In this document: piece after piece, positions 58,593-64,000 of the stretch
Position numbering within the stretch: position 1 is the first letter of the stretch
Layout of the letters: the number at the start of each line of letters is the position of its first letter
Source of the DNA: a virus
Lineage: Duplodnaviria; Caudoviricetes
Virus record (IMG/VR): IMGVR_UViG_3300011774_000001
Location: 166,985-230,984 of that record
DNA length: 64,000 bases
Direction: 5' to 3' (one strand)
Position numbers and translations under genes: made by a program
Notes under the pieces: model-generated
What the model was told of the DNA's origin: nothing
The model's database searches: none
The model's input: the letters and a program-made list of their open reading frames with translations, nothing else

Positions 58593-59039
58593 ATGAGCTT
58601 TGTAATCCTGCACCACGCTCCACTGGGTCGTAACCTCGATCCACACAGCACCGAGCAAGTTGTCTACCTGATGACCTACCTCGATTTCATGGACGGCCAG
58701 CAAGCCTCCGGCAAGTACATTGGCGGCAAGCTGCAGTTCGACGAAGCCCTCGATCCTGAGTTCGAGATCAACATCTTCCGCTTCCAGGAAGACCACATCC
58801 ACAACGAGAAACTGTACCTGTTGTTTGAGGTGGGCATGTCCCTCCAAGACTTCACAGCCACTCAAGGCCCTATGTGGGATCGAGTGATGAAACAGGTTCA
58901 CTTCCATCGTGCCAGTGGCGCGGGCGACGTAACCAACATTTACGAAGCTGGCAACACCATCGTCTTTGTTATGCAGCGTTCGGTTGCAATGGAGAAGGTG
59001 GTCACCGCGCAGATGCGCTCTGAATTCAAGGCGGTGTAA
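58593..59039 (+). CDS. Hypothetical protein, paralog of the next gene
   Basis: SD AAGGA; aligns by eye with 59041..59535. Confidence 0.75.
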   Translation: MSFVILHHAPLGRNLDPHSTEQVVYLMTYLDFMDGQQASGKYIGGKLQFDEALDPEFEINIFRFQEDHIHNEKLYLLFEVGMSLQDFTATQGPMWDRVMKQVHFHRASGAGDVTNIYEAGNTIVFVMQRSVAMEKVVTAQMRSEFKAV

Positions 59040-59040
59040 T

Positions 59041-59535
59041 GTGAGTTATGTGTTTGCTGAAGTGGTTCCCATCGGCCAAGTCTTTACCCCACTCGCGCAG
59101 TGTGCGGGTTTGTTGGACTTCCTGCATGACAGCAGTTCTCCAACAGGGCTGAAGCAAAGCGGCGGTAAGTTCACTCGTGCCACTGTGCGCTCGGCTAAGG
59201 GCTTCGACATCCATACCTGGCTACTACGTGATGAGACGGTGCATCAGGATAACCTGTATGTCATCCTTAATCTTGGTTTGAGCATGGATTCGTTCATCGA
59301 ACAAATCAAGACCATCAATGCTGAGCTGGCCGGGAACGTTGTAAAGCTCAATCCAGAGCCGTACCACATTCAAGTGGTGGCGGTGGATTTCCTGCGTGAA
59401 CTCTACGGGGACGTCTCCAGAGTCTACTGCAGCGATGAAGAACCCAACAAGGTGGTGATAGTTTTCAACAACGCAGCCCCTGCTGTCCGTGAGGAGTTCT
59501 ACTCGGGCAACCGCAACGCCCTTAAACCCATTTGA
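59041..59535 (+). CDS. Hypothetical protein, paralog of the previous gene
   Basis: GTG 59041 gives MSYVFAEVVPIG versus MSFVILHHAPLG. Confidence 0.7.
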   Translation: MSYVFAEVVPIGQVFTPLAQCAGLLDFLHDSSSPTGLKQSGGKFTRATVRSAKGFDIHTWLLRDETVHQDNLYVILNLGLSMDSFIEQIKTINAELAGNVVKLNPEPYHIQVVAVDFLRELYGDVSRVYCSDEEPNKVVIVFNNAAPAVREEFYSGNRNALKPI

Positions 59536-59548
59536 CAAGGAGAGTTCC

Positions 59549-59872
59549 ATGTCTGGTACAAACAAGTTCGGCGAAGAGATAATCTTAGCTGACCCTGAAA
59601 TGCACATCCACCACAGCGACTTCTACAAAAGGAACCCAGTGGCCCGACAGCTATCTGGTTCTCCGTTAAAGAAGATAGGTCTCCTGCATGTTCTGGTGAT
59701 TCTCTTCTTAATTGGTCTTGGAGCAACTTATGGCTTACAACAGCTGGTCGGCAATGGACATGGCACTGATCTTGGAATTGGCACTACAGAAGGACGGGGA
59801 TACCCAGAGCAACGTCCGCTTAGCCTTGACCAACCTGTCCGACAAAAGCAAGACGTGGAAACGCGGGGATGA
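59549..59872 (+). CDS. Small single-TM membrane protein (107 aa)
   Basis: SD AAGGAG; IGLLHVLVILFLIGLGATYGL. Confidence 0.6.
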   Translation: MSGTNKFGEEIILADPEMHIHHSDFYKRNPVARQLSGSPLKKIGLLHVLVILFLIGLGATYGLQQLVGNGHGTDLGIGTTEGRGYPEQRPLSLDQPVRQKQDVETRG

Positions 59873-60182
59873 AAGTCTCGGGGATTATTGCGGCATGCTT
59901 CTGCAAATGCCTGACCCCGTCAAGTCTGTCCGTGACGTAGTCGACAACTTCCACAAGTTCCTCACCGAGGACACCGTCTTCAAGGCGGAGGTGGAAGTCA
60001 GTGAGACTGTTGAAGTCAACCTTACTGAACCTGAAATCATCGAACTGCAACACGCCTACCGCGAGATCGTCATCGATGACTTAAGGCAACGAACCATCGA
60101 TATCGGTTCTGGCAAGATCCCGCTGGACGGCATCAACGTAGACTTGCTTCGGCATACGGCCAGCCAGTTGTTGAAGACTTGA
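59730..60182 (+). CDS. Hypothetical protein (150 aa)
   Basis: ATG 59730 with GGAG 6 nt upstream; overlaps the previous gene by 143 nt. Confidence 0.65.
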   Translation: MAYNSWSAMDMALILELALQKDGDTQSNVRLALTNLSDKSKTWKRGDESLGDYCGMLLQMPDPVKSVRDVVDNFHKFLTEDTVFKAEVEVSETVEVNLTEPEIIELQHAYREIVIDDLRQRTIDIGSGKIPLDGINVDLLRHTASQLLKT

Positions 60183-60195
60183 GACAGCTAACCTC

Positions 60196-60257
60196 GGCAT
60201 AAAGCCTCCCTCCCACCTACGGGTGGGAGGGAGTTATGCTGCCACTGTTTTTTTTTT
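60196..60257. terminator. Bidirectional terminator-like hairpin
   Basis: GGCATAAAGC-CTCCCTCCCACC-TACG-GGTGGGAGGGAG-TTATGC, distal T10. Confidence 0.75.
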
Positions 60258-60260
60258 GCC

Positions 60261-61811
60261 TTAGAAGTCAGTCATGAAGTTGGACATGTCAGCCTGATCC
60301 TCACCGACTTTGCGCATGGACATGTCTCGCCCACTCACATCGTCAGGGAAGCCTGGTGCCAGGTTCTCTGCAAACTTGTACACCCAGTACAGATCACGTG
60401 CCGGGGTGATCGAAGAGATACGGTGCTTACCGCGACGGTTGGTCAGATACGCAGCCCCACCAAACTCCACGATGTGGCAGTAGATCTCCATGTCCAGTTC
60501 CTGGTGGAGAGTACGGCAACCATCGTAGTAGCCACGACCAGCGACTTCGTTAACCAGTTGCTCGGTTACACCCATCTTGGTCAGGTTCAATGCCTCAGAC
60601 GACATCTGGTGAGCGGTGATCAACGCAATCTTCTTCTTGTTGAAGAAGTTACGCACACGAGAGTACAGGTTCTTTACATCGGCCCCTGTCATGCCCTGAG
60701 TACAGCCTTCCTTGTTCAGCTTTGCCAGGTAGTCGATCACGCAAAGCTGAATCTCGTAGCCGAGCTTCTCGTAGTATTCGATCAGAGCAAACAGTTTACG
60801 GAAGTTGGAGTTGTCAGGGTCAACCCGAATGAACTCAACCTTCCAACCATTCTTCTCCAGACGATCCTTAACAACCGCCGACACTTCTTCAATCGATTTG
60901 TCGATGGTCTTGGGATCAACACGGATACCTTGCTCATTGAGCATGATCTGTGCGTAGACGCCTTTGTAGTTGTCCTCCACCGTCTGCTCGTAAGAGATGT
61001 GAAGCAGTAGAGGAATCTTGCCGGGCTGCACAATGGGGAAGTTGTACTGCGCTGCTTGCCGGAAATAATTGAGGATCTTGCCGGACTTAAAGTTGTGAGA
61101 CAGGGCAGAGACGCAGAGCACGTCTACACGACGCAGGCCCTCGGCATCGCCGAACGCTCGGTTATCACCCTGCCAGCCAAACTTGAACACGTAGTTGGCA
61201 ATCGGGTCTTCCTCACCCTCTTCGGCTTTGAACTGCTCCTTGATATTGTCCAGTTCGCCAACAGCGATCCGCTCCATCACACCCAGATCTTCTAGGCCAC
61301 CTACACCACCCACTCGGTGATAAGGTTCCAGCTCGATGACCAGATCCCGTACGAAAGTAGACCAATCAATCTTGGCCCCTTCGAACATGAGCTTACGTCT
61401 GGCCTTCGCAATAATTTGATCTACGGCAAGCTTGGCCTTGTAGCTTTGAATGTCGTAGATAGTACGATCCCGGTAAGAAGCCATCTTCTCAAGATCGTCA
61501 GAGATGTCCAGAAAGCCGATCAAAGCCTCGACAATGAACTGCTCGCCTTGAGCATTCATCGTTATTCTTTGAAGTAGGTCCTCACGGCCGACTGGTGTGC
61601 CCTCGCCAACGCATTGCACCATCCAGCCCGCTGTACCCAGCAGGCCCTCGATGATTTCTCGCCCGTAGTCGTTCTCTGCACCGGCGTTGGGTAACTCCGT
61701 GGTGTTGATGATCTCACGAGCCATCGAAAGAATGTCATCACTGCGAGTCCCGAGCAGGCCTTCAACGTGCAGCAACGAAATGACTTTGATCAGCAGGAGT
61801 TTGTTATCCAT
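60261..61811 (-). CDS. dnaB: DnaB-like replicative helicase (phiKZ gp118-like)
   Basis: Deviant Walker A ALSHNFKS, ISYE, VIDYL, TAHQMS, RGKHR. Confidence 0.88.
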   Translation of the reverse strand: MDNKLLLIKVISLLHVEGLLGTRSDDILSMAREIINTTELPNAGAENDYGREIIEGLLGTAGWMVQCVGEGTPVGREDLLQRITMNAQGEQFIVEALIGFLDISDDLEKMASYRDRTIYDIQSYKAKLAVDQIIAKARRKLMFEGAKIDWSTFVRDLVIELEPYHRVGGVGGLEDLGVMERIAVGELDNIKEQFKAEEGEEDPIANYVFKFGWQGDNRAFGDAEGLRRVDVLCVSALSHNFKSGKILNYFRQAAQYNFPIVQPGKIPLLLHISYEQTVEDNYKGVYAQIMLNEQGIRVDPKTIDKSIEEVSAVVKDRLEKNGWKVEFIRVDPDNSNFRKLFALIEYYEKLGYEIQLCVIDYLAKLNKEGCTQGMTGADVKNLYSRVRNFFNKKKIALITAHQMSSEALNLTKMGVTEQLVNEVAGRGYYDGCRTLHQELDMEIYCHIVEFGGAAYLTNRRGKHRISSITPARDLYWVYKFAENLAPGFPDDVSGRDMSMRKVGEDQADMSNFMTDF

Positions 61812-61824
61812 GTACCGGTCCTAT

Positions 61825-62349
61825 ATGTTCGGAGGTCGAGACTACCAACCGGGGGCGATTAACCTGATCGCGGTCCCACGGTGGCTCGACTTGGCTTTTA
61901 AAGCGAAGGGGGTCACTGTCGAACAGGCCCTTGGCCTCGACCCTCAACTGGGATTCACTAATTGTCGCAGCATGGAATTCGTTGCGCCTATAGTGTCATC
62001 CCAAGAAGTTAATTTTCACAGCGAGGTGAGTTACGACCTGGCTGACTACTTGTTCCCAGACAAGAAGCAGCGCGGTCAACGTGACGAACTATATGCGAAG
62101 CTTGTGCGCTCTTGGCACGGCATTCCTCTGGCAACTGGGCTGAAGGTGAACCTCCACCCTATTATTCTGGGGAGCAATCTCATTGGTCTGTACCACGTCG
62201 AGGAACAACCCGGTGTGACTGATACAGATTTATATGGGCGTATTTTGCGATGCGCTCATACGTTGGCATATAGCAAAATCGGCGTTGAGTCTTTTGGCTG
62301 TGACCTGATCAAGGATGTGCTGTACGAAATTTCGCTAGGTCAGCAATGA
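61825..62349 (+). CDS. Conserved protein (phiKZ gp119-like by synteny)
   Basis: Lies between DnaB and the capsid gene; start uncertain (61810 or 61825). Confidence 0.6.
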   Translation: MFGGRDYQPGAINLIAVPRWLDLAFKAKGVTVEQALGLDPQLGFTNCRSMEFVAPIVSSQEVNFHSEVSYDLADYLFPDKKQRGQRDELYAKLVRSWHGIPLATGLKVNLHPIILGSNLIGLYHVEEQPGVTDTDLYGRILRCAHTLAYSKIGVESFGCDLIKDVLYEISLGQQ

Positions 62350-62474
62350 CTTAGCAAAACGTCTGTTGCGCCGGCTCGCCCGTAGTAACAGGTATCATAT
62401 AGCGAACGTATTACAACGGGTCGCTTCGTTAGTCGACTAACACAAACGCAGCATCCAGTGACTGGAGAGTATAC

Positions 62475-64000
62475 ATGAACGTGTTTTCCTTGGCAGGCGG
62501 TGCAAGCGCACCCCTGGATACCCTGGTGGCGAGCCTGAACGCAAGCTTCACCAACCGTAAGGGCGAATTCGGCGCCGACCTTCACAAAGGCCTGACCATG
62601 GCGGTCGAGAGCCTGGGTGAAGAAACCAAAGCTTCTCTGCGCGGTAGCCTCGGCACCCTGCAAGAGATGATCCTCGAATCCTTCTCCGAAGTGAAGAACG
62701 ACCTGAACCTGGGTCACCTGGGCGACAACCAAGTCGCCAAAGCCGACGAAGGCACCACTGTCGGCGCTGACCAGAACGCTGGTCTGAACGAAAACCAACT
62801 GCAGGCTGCTACCGCAGTGGCAATGGCTTTCGCTGACCCAGTTGGTTACGCCAACGCCGCAATGAACACCGCTACTGCTCCGGGCGCTACTCCGGTTGCA
62901 ATGGCCTCCGAAGGTCTGGGCGGCCAGCTGCAGCACTTCAGCAAAACCGTCATGGCCCAGGAAGCGTTCTCCGAACAGCCTCTGCGCCAGATGATGGGCT
63001 GGTCCGTGACCCTCGCTGCTGCCAACGCCCGTCAAGACGCGTTCGCCGAAGCCTGGTTCCCGACCACCGTTCTGACCCCAGCTGATGCCGGTCTGACTCT
63101 GTCCATCGCTCGCTCCATGATCGTCAACACTCCGATCCACGAGCTGAACGGTGCGCCGAACAACCTGAACCGTGTCAACCTGATCGACGCCGCTCGTAAT
63201 CCAGAAATCCTGGAAGACGAATCGACTCGCATCATTCCGGTTGTTCCGCAAGACACCGCTTCGCCGATCCGCGACCTGTTGCTCGCTGACTTCGGCGTGC
63301 AGAACGTCGACATCGACGGCTTCAAAGTTCCGACCGCTCCGCTGAAGTTCGGCGCCGTTGGCCTGATCAACATCTCCACTCCGAGCCACCTGGCTCAGGC
63401 TGGCGTAATGGATCTGACCGACGCCATCGGCCAAGGCGCTCGCCTGGAGTATCTGGTTGCCAAGTTGGGCGACGAGTACATCAAGGTCAACGTTCGCAAC
63501 CTGGCGACCTCGGGCTTCCTGCCTGCTCAAGAAGGTGAAGCGCCTCGTCAAGTCCTGAGCTTCGTTGCTCAAGATCTGCCGATCCACGCTGGCACCCGCA
63601 ACGCCGCTGGCGCGCTGATCGACTGGCCTGAAGTCATCGACAACGAGCTGACCATCCGCTACGCTGTGGAAGTCACTGGTTCCCTGGACCTGCAGACCTC
63701 CGAAGCTCGCGTGTTCGGCAACATGATCGGTATCTCCGCAGTCCTGGACAAGGACGGCAACGAGATCTCCCTGGAAGACGGCGTGGGTAAAGCTGTGGCC
63801 GATCGCTTCAAGGCCGAGTTCACCCTGGAAGGCTGGTACCCGTTCGCCGTGCGTACCAACGAAAACCGTCGTCAGCTGGGCAAGCTGCTGGACGTGCTGG
63901 AACAGCGCTACTGCTACGGCATCCCGCTGACCGCACCGATCTCGGTTCCGGCTCCTGTTGGCTCCACCAAGCCAGCTCAGAACCTGGAAGCTCTGATCTC
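62475..64000 (+). CDS. Major capsid protein (phiKZ gp120-like), 3'-truncated; absent from the ORF track
   Basis: ATG 62475 with SD GGAG; MNVFSLAGG...MAQEAF...ARQDAFAEAWFPTTVLTP; propeptide with AVE/ASE/AQE sites; extreme codon bias. Confidence 0.88.
   Translation, partial: MNVFSLAGGASAPLDTLVASLNASFTNRKGEFGADLHKGLTMAVESLGEETKASLRGSLGTLQEMILESFSEVKNDLNLGHLGDNQVAKADEGTTVGADQNAGLNENQLQAATAVAMAFADPVGYANAAMNTATAPGATPVAMASEGLGGQLQHFSKTVMAQEAFSEQPLRQMMGWSVTLAAANARQDAFAEAWFPTTVLTPADAGLTLSIARSMIVNTPIHELNGAPNNLNRVNLIDAARNPEILEDESTRIIPVVPQDTASPIRDLLLADFGVQNVDIDGFKVPTAPLKFGAVGLINISTPSHLAQAGVMDLTDAIGQGARLEYLVAKLGDEYIKVNVRNLATSGFLPAQEGEAPRQVLSFVAQDLPIHAGTRNAAGALIDWPEVIDNELTIRYAVEVTGSLDLQTSEARVFGNMIGISAVLDKDGNEISLEDGVGKAVADRFKAEFTLEGWYPFAVRTNENRRQLGKLLDVLEQRYCYGIPLTAPISVPAPVGSTKPAQNLEALI

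Noticed and set aside
59549-60182. Spanin pair
   Set aside because: No lipoprotein signal in the second gene and no coiled-coil periplasmic domain in the first
62340-63587. 415-aa minus-strand ORF
   Set aside because: Shadow of the major capsid gene, which the track missed because it has no stop in the window
1-64000. CRISPR arrays, tRNA/rRNA genes, introns, inteins, stop-codon recoding
   Set aside because: None recognised by eye; intergenic gaps are short, core genes are full-length in code 11, and TAA, TAG and TGA all end genes. tRNAscan-SE and Infernal were not run

Overview
This window is a 64 kb slice of a nucleus-forming, phiKZ-like jumbo phage genome (Chimalliviridae type) with GC-rich codon usage. 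Gene order follows the phiKZ core block. It runs from the split family-B DNA polymerase and chimallin (nuclear shell), through four non-virion RNA polymerase subunits, an SbcD/Mre11 nuclease, a probable PicA/Imp1 import factor, an SF2 helicase, a virion RNAP beta' fragment and the polymerase exonuclease subunit. It ends with head, ejection and baseplate proteins, DnaB, and the start of the major capsid protein, which the window truncates. The phiKZ gp numbers come from synteny and remembered motifs, not from alignments. No tRNA, rRNA, CRISPR array, intron or homing endonuclease was seen. Main candidates for novelty: (1) a probable programmed -1 frameshift (T TTT TTC, 34244-34250) giving a G/GT-type tail-assembly-chaperone pair; (2) a cluster of head proteins, including a 1235-aa three-module polyprotein, in which each prohead-protease-like site is followed by a transmembrane helix; (3) a structured ~180-nt RNA between chimallin and the RNAP gene; (4) two SD-equipped in-frame starts for chimallin; (5) a repeated 24-bp early-promoter-like motif; (6) terminator-like hairpins flanked by TATGC(C) instead of an immediate U-tract; (7) an SSB-like C-terminal tail on the gene before the sigma-like subunit.
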